A stretch of DNA of 64,000 nucleotides from a virus, in the IMG/VR virus record IMGVR_UViG_3300013126_000012, positions 95,587 through 159,586 of that record; one strand, 5' to 3'. A program made the translations under genes and the position numbers. The notes beneath the pieces were generated by a model. That model was not told the DNA's origin. It saw only the letters and a list, made by a program, of their open reading frames with translations, and made no database searches. Position 1 is the first letter of the stretch; every line of letters begins with the position of its first letter. Shown here piece by piece: positions 1-9,886 of this stretch.

Positions 1-325
1 CAATTTTATCTTGCAATACATCTTCAACATCTTTTTCTTCTGTATCTTGTCGTTTTTTAAGACGCTTTGCAGCTGTTTTTGGATCATAATCGCCGTTTTC
101 TAAATCTTTATAAAGACGATCATCATCATTATATGTTGGATATAATTTACCATCGTCTTGCATTGTTTTATCTGTTTTACGTAAAACGTTGGTTTGTTTT
201 TCGCCAGTCGATTTAGGATTTAATCCACCTTTTTTATCATCCAATGTATAATCCTTAAGATCTTTTCTATACGTTGGTTTTTTATTTTCTGGTTTTTTGT
301 ACTTGCTTTTATGTTTTTCAGCCAT
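1..325 (-). CDS. Charged hypothetical protein, truncated by window edge
   Basis: Hand-translated open frame MAEKHKSKYKKPENKK... from ATG at 325 to the edge; ATATTTAT motif upstream (345-352). Confidence 0.75.
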   Translation of the reverse strand, partial: MAEKHKSKYKKPENKKPTYRKDLKDYTLDDKKGGLNPKSTGEKQTNVLRKTDKTMQDDGKLYPTYNDDDRLYKDLENGDYDPKTAAKRLKKRQDTEEKDVEDVLQDKI

Positions 326-353
326 GAGTCTTTCCAATTTTAATATAAATATA

Positions 354-2378
354 TCATCGTGCGTATTTCAATACTCCTAGTATCTGATTCACCGGAGCAA
401 ATGCACCTGTTAACTTATATGTATTTCCGCCATATGTAAATACTACACCTTCGGACGGCACAATTGCATCAAAACCACCCAATCGTTCAATACGCTTAAG
501 TTCTAATTCTAGTTTTGCAACTGTCTGCGGATTAGGATTGTTTTGTAGTTCTCTTATAAGTTCAGCCATTTCTTGTTTAATTGTTTGAACTGTTTTTGAT
601 GGATTTGCTGCTAAGAAATTTTCTGCATTTTTTAATGCTACTGCGCCTAAACGTAAAAACAATGTTTCAAATGGTTCCATGTTTTGTTTGTAGTAACGTT
701 TAAATTCATTTTTATCAAATTCTTGCACCCAATTTAAAAATTCTGCATTATCTATTTGTTTTTTAAGTGTGGTCATGCTTTCTGATTTATCGAAAAATGC
801 CCAACGATAAATTAATGTGTTTAATATATTTTCTGGAATATCGTATCCCATTTTATTTGCTTGTGTTTTAATAACATCTGACCACCAAGCTCGATGATAT
901 TCAGTTAATCGATCAGTATCTTTTAAACCGTAACGATTTTGTAATTGTGCAACTTCATCAAAAAATGCTGCTTGTTGATCTTCAAAATTAGAAATTCTAC
1001 CTATTTTAATTCGCTGTGGCGGAATGAATGAAAATGTTTTTTGAAGATGTGCATTAGCATCTTGGATAATGCCTTGCAAAGTACCACCACCTGTTAAATC
1101 TGTTTCTATTTGATTGCCTTGTTCATCATATTCTATTAAATTGTGAAATTGTAACACTGCAACTTCATATGAAATAACATTTTTCGTAGCTGGATAGATA
1201 ATTTCCATGTTTGCAAATACTCGACCATTCTTAAAAATTTGATTGAGTTTATCTTGTGGTACACGACTAAATGCTTCAGCTAAATCTTCTGCAGCATTCC
1301 CAAATGCATCTGATATTGGTCCTCGGCCTCCAAACTTATCTTGTATTTGTTGAACTGACATTGGTGTAATAACAGTACCTTTATTTCGTGCAAATCCAAT
1401 TTGTCCGTTTTTCCATGTAACTTGAATGTTTTGACCGTCGGTTTTTTCTGTCACTGCTTGTTCAATATCTAATCGGCCTTCTAAAGCACGAGATATAATT
1501 TCTTTGACATCGCTAAACGTTAACCCATGATCATCCCATGGATGTGCCATGTGTCCTGCTGCGCCACCTTCTTTAATTAATCGAATTCCTTCTGATAATG
1601 GCACTCCATAAACCGTTTTATCAAAATCTGCAAAGTCATATGTAAATGCTTTTCCGACGTGATTATCTAAAAATTTTCTTAATTTTTTAATTTTTGCTTG
1701 ATGTTTTGCTGTTTGTTTTGGAGTAGGATATCCTTCAAATATTTGCATAACATCTTCTTGTAATTGTTTAGTCCACCACTCTTTGGTAAACAATGCTTCT
1801 TGTAAACCTGTTGCAATTTGCCACGCATTTTTTACTAGAGCATCTTTATATTGCGGATATGATGCACGGAATGTTTCATAATCGCGATCCGTAATAGCTT
1901 TGCGTACGATGGTTGCTGATATAGGTGTTCCGTCGGCATATGTTTCTGGATCTACATCGATACTTAATTCAGTTGCATCAACGCCCATAGGTATTTTGCG
2001 TCCTTTTTTATCACCAATAGTTGCATATTTGTCTACATTAGGAACAAATGCTTTTGCTCTAACATAATCATCGCCTTTTGTAGATGCAGCCATTGCATAA
2101 CGACCTTTAGCATCTGATGGAAGTTCAAACAAATATTCGTACGCTGCCATGATTGGCGAATTGAATTCAGTGGGTTGAATTCGTATGTCCGGATTATCAT
2201 TGAGCAAGTTAAACATTTCAATGCTTTGTTCTCGTGTAATTCCTTCTCTAGGTTGAGGTCCTATAAGTAATATTACTTGACCTACCTGAGGCGATTCTGC
2301 ATAACGTTGTGCTAATGCTAAATGAGCTCCAGTTAATGGTTTAAATCCACCAGGAAATAAAACTGTTATTTTATCCAT
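354..2378 (-). CDS. Fusion: cytidylyltransferase-like (HUP fold) domain + ligase-like nucleotidyltransferase domain (DUF6267-like)
   Basis: N-term FPGGFKPLTGAH (HxGH-like) and ISATIVR; C-term GGAAGHMAHP, TEKTDGQN (KxDG), MEIIY, EGVVF, YKL. Confidence 0.7.
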   Translation of the reverse strand: MDKITVLFPGGFKPLTGAHLALAQRYAESPQVGQVILLIGPQPREGITREQSIEMFNLLNDNPDIRIQPTEFNSPIMAAYEYLFELPSDAKGRYAMAASTKGDDYVRAKAFVPNVDKYATIGDKKGRKIPMGVDATELSIDVDPETYADGTPISATIVRKAITDRDYETFRASYPQYKDALVKNAWQIATGLQEALFTKEWWTKQLQEDVMQIFEGYPTPKQTAKHQAKIKKLRKFLDNHVGKAFTYDFADFDKTVYGVPLSEGIRLIKEGGAAGHMAHPWDDHGLTFSDVKEIISRALEGRLDIEQAVTEKTDGQNIQVTWKNGQIGFARNKGTVITPMSVQQIQDKFGGRGPISDAFGNAAEDLAEAFSRVPQDKLNQIFKNGRVFANMEIIYPATKNVISYEVAVLQFHNLIEYDEQGNQIETDLTGGGTLQGIIQDANAHLQKTFSFIPPQRIKIGRISNFEDQQAAFFDEVAQLQNRYGLKDTDRLTEYHRAWWSDVIKTQANKMGYDIPENILNTLIYRWAFFDKSESMTTLKKQIDNAEFLNWVQEFDKNEFKRYYKQNMEPFETLFLRLGAVALKNAENFLAANPSKTVQTIKQEMAELIRELQNNPNPQTVAKLELELKRIERLGGFDAIVPSEGVVFTYGGNTYKLTGAFAPVNQILGVLKYAR

Positions 2379-2402
2379 TATGTTCCGTTTTATATAAATA
2401 TG

Positions 2403-5108
2403 TTATGATACAATACCACCAGGTGGTGGCAGTGTGGAACTTCCAACTGCTCGACTTGTTCGATATACAAATCCTTTCATGGCTAACATATCACCAATAT
2501 TTCCGGTTCCGTTTCTACTTGTAATCATGTATATTCTAACATATCGACCTTGATAATTTGCAAAGGTTGACGATGTTGTAGTAAAAGTACGAGTGCCACC
2601 TTGGTATGTTGCAGTAACATTGATTGATGTGATTATTTGATCCGATCCAAATAATTGTTGCGGTGCGCTCCATGAATCATATCCAGTACTAGTACCAGTA
2701 CTTCCTGATATACTAGCAGATTGAATATACCATTGACCTCGCAAATCGCCAGTAGTGCTAGTAGCTGCATTAAAATTATACATCAATGAAACTTGCATTC
2801 TAGTTTCACCTGGTAATACGAACGTTTCAAAGATTGAAGATGTTTGTGATCCCGTAGTAGATAAACTTCCGGTGTATGTAAATTCTGATCGATCGAAATA
2901 AACAACTCGTCCAACGTTTAATCCATCAACAAATTCACTGTTTGAATCAAATAGTACTTCTCCGCCTTGCACTGCAATAAAAGATGATGCAGTTACATTA
3001 CCTTGTGCGGTTAAATGAAATCCACTTGACGAAATTTCAATGTTACCGTTAGCCCCACTAATAAACGTTGTTGCAGGATTTCCAAAAAAGAATTTATCCG
3101 TCCGAACATCGATTTCCGAATCGGCAGTTGAATATCTAAAATAGCTTGAAGTGTTTGCATAAAGTTCTAAACCAACACCACTGTATGCTCCGCCGCCTTT
3201 TGTTCCAGCACTTCCTGGTAAGGCTGAACCAGACCAAAGTAAAAATCCAGGAAATCCTGCTGTAAATCCTTCGTATCCTAACGATCTAACAAAGCCTGAA
3301 TTTGGATATCCACTGATTGCTACACCACTATTTAATGAATCTGCCACATATAAAGATCCAGTAAGCATTGAATAATCGCCATCAATGTATCGGTTACCAC
3401 CTTCCCAATCTTTATTATAAATGTATGATATTTGTTTGCTTTTAACGCCAGCTACATTGTAATATTCAACTTTAAATGAAATTTGATTATCAATTTTATG
3501 TGTAGTTTGAATAGGTGTTTTAAGTCTTGTATAATCTGGAGTATATCCTACATCATTATCTGTAACAACACGAATATCAGAAATTTGCCATTCGCCCGTT
3601 TCTACTACAAGTAATAATACTCCAGTACCGGTATAATCTGCTGTAAAACTAAATGTTTGATCGTCAAATCTTTGTGAATCGCCTACTGTATTAATTTCTC
3701 CTATTCGTTTTCCAAATTTAGTAGGAAATTGTTGATTGAAATAATCAGTTGGATCTTGATAAAAACTACTACCTGATACATAAATTGCCAGTTTAGGTTG
3801 CAAATTATTACTTGTAGCAACTTTAGTTCCTAATGCATCTAATGTAACTTTATATGAGGCATCTTGTTTAAATATTCCAGCAAATGAACCGTTAATTTGT
3901 GCTACTTGTACTGAACTACTATTTGCAATATTAATAGAACTAGATATTAACATTGCATTGCTTATCGATGCAGTTGTCCATTGTAACGTTGTTGGTGCAA
4001 TTTCTATACCATTTTGATATGTATGTGCCGTCCAATATGTATCGATAATACTTTGCGATGTAAATATACCTATAGATTGATCGGGAAATAATGACGCAGT
4101 ATTAGAAATAAATATTTCTGTTTCATCTAATTCTACATCATTAACTAGATCCCAGGTGCCTACAGTACCATTATTATTCGTAAATACTTTGATTCTAGAA
4201 ACATCGCCAGTAGCTGGTTCTAATCCGGTTATTTGTATTAATGCAAATGATTGAGAATTTTCTGTTGGTACGTATGTTGGAGCTGCTTCATAATTTAATG
4301 AAAATGCCGAATTATCAAATTGAGTATATGTATGCGGAAATACACTTTGGCTGCTATATACTGTATAAACATCATCTAATAAGGCCAATGTTGGAGATAA
4401 TATCTTTTTTATCGTAGATACATATGCCGTTGTAGATATAGTATAATTAGGATTAGGTGTAGGATTTTGTGGAGTAGAAACTGTTATTGTTCCTGTCGAC
4501 ATATCTCCCGTAAACGTTCCTCCTGTAATTTCGATTGCAGGTTGATTATTATATTCAAAATACCGTACTTGCCCCGTAGTATATGTTGGAAACTGCGTAT
4601 TATTTGGATACGTACGATCTAATTGAACCCCAACTTGTTCTGAAACAGTTACAATTGGCAACGTTTCAAAAATTATTTCCGAATCGTTTGAGATATTAGG
4701 ATTTACTGATATCGTACGTGTCCATTTTACATTAGCACGACCTTGCCATTCAACGGGTGTAGGTTGACCATTAATTACTGCAGCTTCTGCAATTAAAGTT
4801 ACGGTACAATCGCCTGGAGAAGAATCTTCGTAAATATAAATTGCAATAACACGACCTTTGTCTTCATCTAAAAAATCTACTACTTCAGTATAAATTGGAT
4901 TACCATTATAATCTAAAACTTCTAAATTTAATACGCCGCCAACTTTTAAGTTAGTAGGATTTCCTCGAAGTTTAAATAAATTCTTTCCTGCAGTTAATCG
5001 AAGCGGAAATTCGGATATCTGAAAATAATCTGGAGATGTAGCAGATGTATCTGTAAAATAAACATCAATAAATTCTAAACCTTTATAAACTGTTTCTTTA
5101 CGTTTCAT
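2403..5108 (-). CDS. Putative virion structural (tail-associated) protein
   Basis: 901 aa, S/T/G-rich beta-type composition, late motif upstream. Confidence 0.5.
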   Translation of the reverse strand: MKRKETVYKGLEFIDVYFTDTSATSPDYFQISEFPLRLTAGKNLFKLRGNPTNLKVGGVLNLEVLDYNGNPIYTEVVDFLDEDKGRVIAIYIYEDSSPGDCTVTLIAEAAVINGQPTPVEWQGRANVKWTRTISVNPNISNDSEIIFETLPIVTVSEQVGVQLDRTYPNNTQFPTYTTGQVRYFEYNNQPAIEITGGTFTGDMSTGTITVSTPQNPTPNPNYTISTTAYVSTIKKILSPTLALLDDVYTVYSSQSVFPHTYTQFDNSAFSLNYEAAPTYVPTENSQSFALIQITGLEPATGDVSRIKVFTNNNGTVGTWDLVNDVELDETEIFISNTASLFPDQSIGIFTSQSIIDTYWTAHTYQNGIEIAPTTLQWTTASISNAMLISSSINIANSSSVQVAQINGSFAGIFKQDASYKVTLDALGTKVATSNNLQPKLAIYVSGSSFYQDPTDYFNQQFPTKFGKRIGEINTVGDSQRFDDQTFSFTADYTGTGVLLLVVETGEWQISDIRVVTDNDVGYTPDYTRLKTPIQTTHKIDNQISFKVEYYNVAGVKSKQISYIYNKDWEGGNRYIDGDYSMLTGSLYVADSLNSGVAISGYPNSGFVRSLGYEGFTAGFPGFLLWSGSALPGSAGTKGGGAYSGVGLELYANTSSYFRYSTADSEIDVRTDKFFFGNPATTFISGANGNIEISSSGFHLTAQGNVTASSFIAVQGGEVLFDSNSEFVDGLNVGRVVYFDRSEFTYTGSLSTTGSQTSSIFETFVLPGETRMQVSLMYNFNAATSTTGDLRGQWYIQSASISGSTGTSTGYDSWSAPQQLFGSDQIITSINVTATYQGGTRTFTTTSSTFANYQGRYVRIYMITSRNGTGNIGDMLAMKGFVYRTSRAVGSSTLPPPGGIVS

Positions 5109-5132
5109 GAATTTGATACTTTATTATAAATA

Positions 5133-8100
5133 TCAAACATGATTAATCTTGCTGAATCCGTTTGTTTTATTAACTTCAATCAAATTATCAACCATATCGC
5201 GCATCGAATCAACGTGTGAAATGATAATTGAAAAATCAAATTTAGTTCTAAAATAATCAAATAAGTTTACTACTGAAGAAATATGTTCTGCATCTAATGA
5301 ACCCCACCCTTCATCAATTGCAATGAAATTGGGACGTGGTAATGCTGAAACATTGATAAGTGCAATGCGAATTGCTAATGACGAAATAAAACGTTCCATA
5401 CCAGATGTTAATTCCAATGGCCAAAAATTATCTTCATCGTAAATAATATATCCGTTGATGTTTTTGCCATCGGTGTTTAATACCATGTTAAATTCAACAA
5501 TTTGATTGAGTACATTATTGATTTCAGCTTCAATTTTTGGAATAGCTTTTGCAACTAATTCATATGGAATACCGTTACGTTTAACTGATTCTAAATAATA
5601 TTCATATGCTTTGTATTCTGTTTCAAGTTGTCGATAACGTTCCAATTGTTCTATTGCAGTGCCTTTATTTGTACGTGCAACTTCAATTGAGCCAAACAAT
5701 GATTTAATTTGATCTTGAATTATTTTGATTTGTTGAGAACAAGTTGCAATTTTAGTTTTACATTCTTCAATTTCAGCGTCAACTAGTTGATTGTGTGTGA
5801 TTGCGGTTTCATTTTTACGGAATGATTCTTGACGTTCAATTGCGGTTTCTAATTCTGATTCTCGTGTTTGCAAATCACTTTCTAGGATTTGAAGTTGCAA
5901 TTCATTGCGTTCCAATGTAATTTTTTTAGTTGCAATATTGGATTTCAATTTGTTGTATTGGTCTGCTATTTCAAATACAGGTTGTAATTTATTTAATTCT
6001 ACGGTTGCAAATTCAATATGTTGTTGCAATTCCTCTAATATCGCTCTATCCGAATCAATTGTATTTTGAGCTTCGATTGCATTTTGCACGAAAACGTTAG
6101 ATGTACAGTATTTGCAGTTTGGATCATATTCATGAGATTCGAGATGTTTAATTTTTTCTTGTTTTGCATTTACTTGTTCCTGTTGTTGTGTAAACTTTTG
6201 TGATTGTTTGTTTATGTTAGATTCTAATTTTTGATATTGTTCAATTTGTGTTTTTATTAAATCTGCATCAATATTAACTAATTTAGATTCTAATAAATCA
6301 ATGTTTTCTGACAACGTTTCTAATTCTTGTTCTGCCGTTTCTATTTCCGTTTGGATTGATTCAATCTTATTAATTAGTACGCGTTCTTGTGATTGCAATT
6401 CTTTGATGTTTGGACCATCGTACGTTGTTGGTAATTTAGTTTCAATTAACTGTACAATTTGTTCTTGTAATCCGTTTCGCTGATCTTGTTGTTGATCTTC
6501 AAGTTGTTCTAACGAAATAATAGTATTTTGATTTTCCATTATTACTGCATCGGCTTGCACAATTATTTCGGCAAAGTCAGTTTTTTTATAATCTTTTAAT
6601 CGGCCTGCAGTTTCTTTGATTTCATCTGCTGCAAGTTGATAAAGTTGTTCAAACACCGTAATATCTAAAAACTGCGACAATAAATCTTTGCGTTCTTTTT
6701 GTGACTTTTCAATAAAGTTATTGTTGTCCGCTTGCAAAGAAAATGCCGTTAAAATAAAATCATCATATGTGCCCAAATAGCGACGAATGTTTTTATTTGT
6801 TTCACTGCGTTCTTCGCCATTTAGATTTTCTGAATCAGTGTAAAAATCTACATCAACTTTAACGTGCGTATCTTTCTTTTTGTTTTGCGTGCCGCGCCGT
6901 TCAATGGTATATGTTATGCCATTCATTTCAAAACGAAATACACCACGGAACCACGTTTTTTTGTTATTTAAAACTTCGTTTGCTTTGCTTGTTTTGCTGC
7001 ATTTATCAAATATAATATATGTAATTGCATCAAGTAAACTTGATTTGCCAGATGCATTTGTAGCAAAAAGTCCGCACACATCAGAAAGTTTGTCAAAGTT
7101 TAATGCGTTGCCTTCGCCATATGAAAACATGTTATCAAATTCAAATGATATAGGATGCCATGTAGTATGTCGTATTGATTCTACTGCTGGCAATTTTGAA
7201 TTTATTGTGCGATTGATGTGTCTGATAGCATCAACTTCTTGCGGAGTAGCTTGTGGATAATTTGCGTCAATATATTCCGTCAATAACACATTTTGATATT
7301 CAACATCGCGCACATTTCCAATTGCCAAGCTAGAAGATGCATTGGTTGCTGCAGCTCCTATAGTTCGTTGAATTGTAATGTCTTCTACTTGATATTTTTT
7401 GCGAATCGTTGCAATCAACCGTTTCATATCTGCCGCGCTTGTTTCATTAAACTTGATGCGAATGCGTGGACGTTTCGGCATACGGTGAGGTGAAGATATA
7501 ATTGCAGAGCCTTGAGTTTCTATAGTTACATAACCATAGTCATTTTCAATTTGCACAAAGTCTGCAGTACGTCGTTCCGTATCCCAAACCAAAATGCCAT
7601 GATCTAATGCTTCGCCATGATTTTGTTGAATAAGTGAACCTGGATACGCAACGGTGCGTGCATCATCTAAAAACTGTGCCGGTTTATGAATATCTCCTAG
7701 CAACGTAATGTCATGTCCTTCAAACAAATCAACGCCTACGTGTTCATTTGATATTTGATAACCAATATCAGTACGAGCTGTATTTACTGCACCATGGTGT
7801 AATGCAATTTTATATGATGCCGAAAAATCTTTTGCACGAATGTATTCTGCGGGTGTTTTATCGACAGCCATATGATTCCAAGTTACGCCACCTAATTCAA
7901 ACAATCCATTTTCTTTGATGAAATGAATATTAGGATTTTTAATCACATCGAGAACTGGACTAACTGCATCTACGCGATGCATATTGTTCAAATTCATATC
8001 GTGATTACCTAGAATAACAATTGTAGGAATTGTGAATTCATTGAAGAAATCAACAAGCATTTGAACTAATTCTGGCGACATATCTAATTTGCTATGCACA

Positions 8101-8279
8101 ATATCGCCAGTTACAACCGCAATGCTGTTTGCAGTACAATTTGCTTTAATATAATCAAATAAATTTTTAAATACTTGACGATATTCGGTGTGTCGTTTCA
8201 ATGTACGAATATGTACATCGGATATATGAAAGATTTTGTCAATCCGTTCAATACCAGTTTCAATTTTTTTTATGTCCAT
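5133..8279 (-). CDS. Fused SbcD/Mre11 nuclease - SbcC/Rad50 ATPase (T4 gp47/gp46-like)
   Basis: SDVH, GDIVH, GNHD, GDIH, YPGS phosphoesterase motifs; Walker A NASGKSS, coiled coil with CKYC hook, LTSGME signature, IAIDEG Walker B, IISH. Confidence 0.93.
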   Translation of the reverse strand: MDIKKIETGIERIDKIFHISDVHIRTLKRHTEYRQVFKNLFDYIKANCTANSIAVVTGDIVHSKLDMSPELVQMLVDFFNEFTIPTIVILGNHDMNLNNMHRVDAVSPVLDVIKNPNIHFIKENGLFELGGVTWNHMAVDKTPAEYIRAKDFSASYKIALHHGAVNTARTDIGYQISNEHVGVDLFEGHDITLLGDIHKPAQFLDDARTVAYPGSLIQQNHGEALDHGILVWDTERRTADFVQIENDYGYVTIETQGSAIISSPHRMPKRPRIRIKFNETSAADMKRLIATIRKKYQVEDITIQRTIGAAATNASSSLAIGNVRDVEYQNVLLTEYIDANYPQATPQEVDAIRHINRTINSKLPAVESIRHTTWHPISFEFDNMFSYGEGNALNFDKLSDVCGLFATNASGKSSLLDAITYIIFDKCSKTSKANEVLNNKKTWFRGVFRFEMNGITYTIERRGTQNKKKDTHVKVDVDFYTDSENLNGEERSETNKNIRRYLGTYDDFILTAFSLQADNNNFIEKSQKERKDLLSQFLDITVFEQLYQLAADEIKETAGRLKDYKKTDFAEIIVQADAVIMENQNTIISLEQLEDQQQDQRNGLQEQIVQLIETKLPTTYDGPNIKELQSQERVLINKIESIQTEIETAEQELETLSENIDLLESKLVNIDADLIKTQIEQYQKLESNINKQSQKFTQQQEQVNAKQEKIKHLESHEYDPNCKYCTSNVFVQNAIEAQNTIDSDRAILEELQQHIEFATVELNKLQPVFEIADQYNKLKSNIATKKITLERNELQLQILESDLQTRESELETAIERQESFRKNETAITHNQLVDAEIEECKTKIATCSQQIKIIQDQIKSLFGSIEVARTNKGTAIEQLERYRQLETEYKAYEYYLESVKRNGIPYELVAKAIPKIEAEINNVLNQIVEFNMVLNTDGKNINGYIIYDEDNFWPLELTSGMERFISSLAIRIALINVSALPRPNFIAIDEGWGSLDAEHISSVVNLFDYFRTKFDFSIIISHVDSMRDMVDNLIEVNKTNGFSKINHV

Positions 8280-9211
8280 AACATGTCCATTTTGAGTGCC
8301 ATTATGCCTTCAAATGTTAATATATCAGTATCGTTAATAATTTGTGTAATTTGTTCAAAACCTAATTCTGATGCATCTGCATCTTGCAATCGTACAAAAT
8401 AAACATTTAAACCTTCTGCCATGAATCGTTCTGCAATTTGCACTGCATTGCGAAGTGCATCAGCATCCAAGCAAATATAGATATCTCGAACTCGTTTTTC
8501 AATGATTTTCTTTTGCAATGCCGGTTGAATGATTTTACCAAATAACGGTATTGCATTGCGTTTAATTGCAATTGCATCAAATGCTCCTTCACAAAGAACG
8601 ATAGGTTGTGACCAATTTATAGTTAAATCAAATCCAATGATGTCTTTTGATATTTTAGGATTTTTGTGTTTTTGTTTGTCTGCTCGATAAAATGCTCGAG
8701 ATACAAAATAATTTAATTGTCCTGCTTCATCATAACTAGGAATAATTATTTTTCCAGAATATTCACCTTGTTCGCAATATCCAATTCGATACTTTAAAAT
8801 ATCCAACATACCAACACCTCGTTGCTGCAAATAATGAATTGCATTGCGATAATCAGGTGTATTTTTTTTATTCCATAATGGAACATAATGTTCCGGCAAA
8901 GCCAATGTTACTGTTGATTTTGTTTCTGCAGTATTTCGATATCTAGCAGATTCAATTATTTTTGAAAGTTGTTCAAACCATTCTTTTGACAAGCCCATTT
9001 GCTTGAACAAACTGTTAATAGTTCGACCTTTCTTATCTGATATCCAACAATGCCATGGATTTTCTCCTGCATGATTAGTATTAACGTCGATTTCTAATTT
9101 TGGCTTGTAATGTGAAGTAAACGGAGAAAAGAATGCAATGTTATTGCCGGAAGTAGATTTGCCTTTACCTAAAACTGATTCTAATAATTGTAACAGTTTA
9201 AGATTCTTCAC
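8270..9211 (-). CDS. DNA primase (DnaG-like TOPRIM)
   Basis: YLQQRG, IIIP, LCEGAFDA, CLDADA, DASE; degenerate N-terminal Zn-binding region. Confidence 0.85.
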   Translation of the reverse strand: MKNLKLLQLLESVLGKGKSTSGNNIAFFSPFTSHYKPKLEIDVNTNHAGENPWHCWISDKKGRTINSLFKQMGLSKEWFEQLSKIIESARYRNTAETKSTVTLALPEHYVPLWNKKNTPDYRNAIHYLQQRGVGMLDILKYRIGYCEQGEYSGKIIIPSYDEAGQLNYFVSRAFYRADKQKHKNPKISKDIIGFDLTINWSQPIVLCEGAFDAIAIKRNAIPLFGKIIQPALQKKIIEKRVRDIYICLDADALRNAVQIAERFMAEGLNVYFVRLQDADASELGFEQITQIINDTDILTFEGIMALKMDMLWT

Positions 9212-9392
9212 ATTTATATTATAATGAAAAACTGTAAGGAATCCAATTAATTATAATTAATATATAATATATGTTAAGCACATACATTTCATTACTGGCT
9301 TAACGATTGAATCAATAAATTCTTCAATCTATTAATAAAATAAATTTCATTAACTTTCATGAATATATTAAAAATAATTCACAAAACAAACC

Positions 9393-9875
9393 TTAACTAA
9401 AAAAACGTTTTGGGTCTGCTGGTACTTCGCCTGTTTTTACGCATTCATTTAGCCATTCTGCAGGTATGTCTTTTTTTGCAACATGTTGAATACCTAGCTT
9501 GCGAGCAAATGCTTCATATGTAGTTGGGGACGTTTTTGACAATTTTTGATTAGGATTTTGAAATATCATTCGTATATCAATACCCGGATTTGATTGTAAT
9601 ACATGTTTCATTTTAGTTCGATCGGCCGTAGTCCAACGACCTTTCGTTTCGATATACATGGTTCCGCCATTGCGTTTCGTAAATACAAAATCCGGTGTAT
9701 ATTTCGCTTTGCGTTCTGGAACTACGTAATTCAATGTTTCAGTTTCATAACGCAATTCATATTCTGTTTGTTTTATTTGTTCTGATACAGTTAGTTCCAA
9801 TCCTGATTTATAACCATGTTTAAGTGCATTTGCTCGTTTAGAGTTTCCGGAACTATGAAAATGATTTCGTCTCAT
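9393..9875 (-). CDS. T7 endonuclease I-like Holliday junction resolvase
   Basis: YKSGLE, YTPDF, IETKG, DIRMIFQ. Confidence 0.88.
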   Translation of the reverse strand: MRRNHFHSSGNSKRANALKHGYKSGLELTVSEQIKQTEYELRYETETLNYVVPERKAKYTPDFVFTKRNGGTMYIETKGRWTTADRTKMKHVLQSNPGIDIRMIFQNPNQKLSKTSPTTYEAFARKLGIQHVAKKDIPAEWLNECVKTGEVPADPKRFFS

Positions 9876-9886
9876 TATATAACTTT

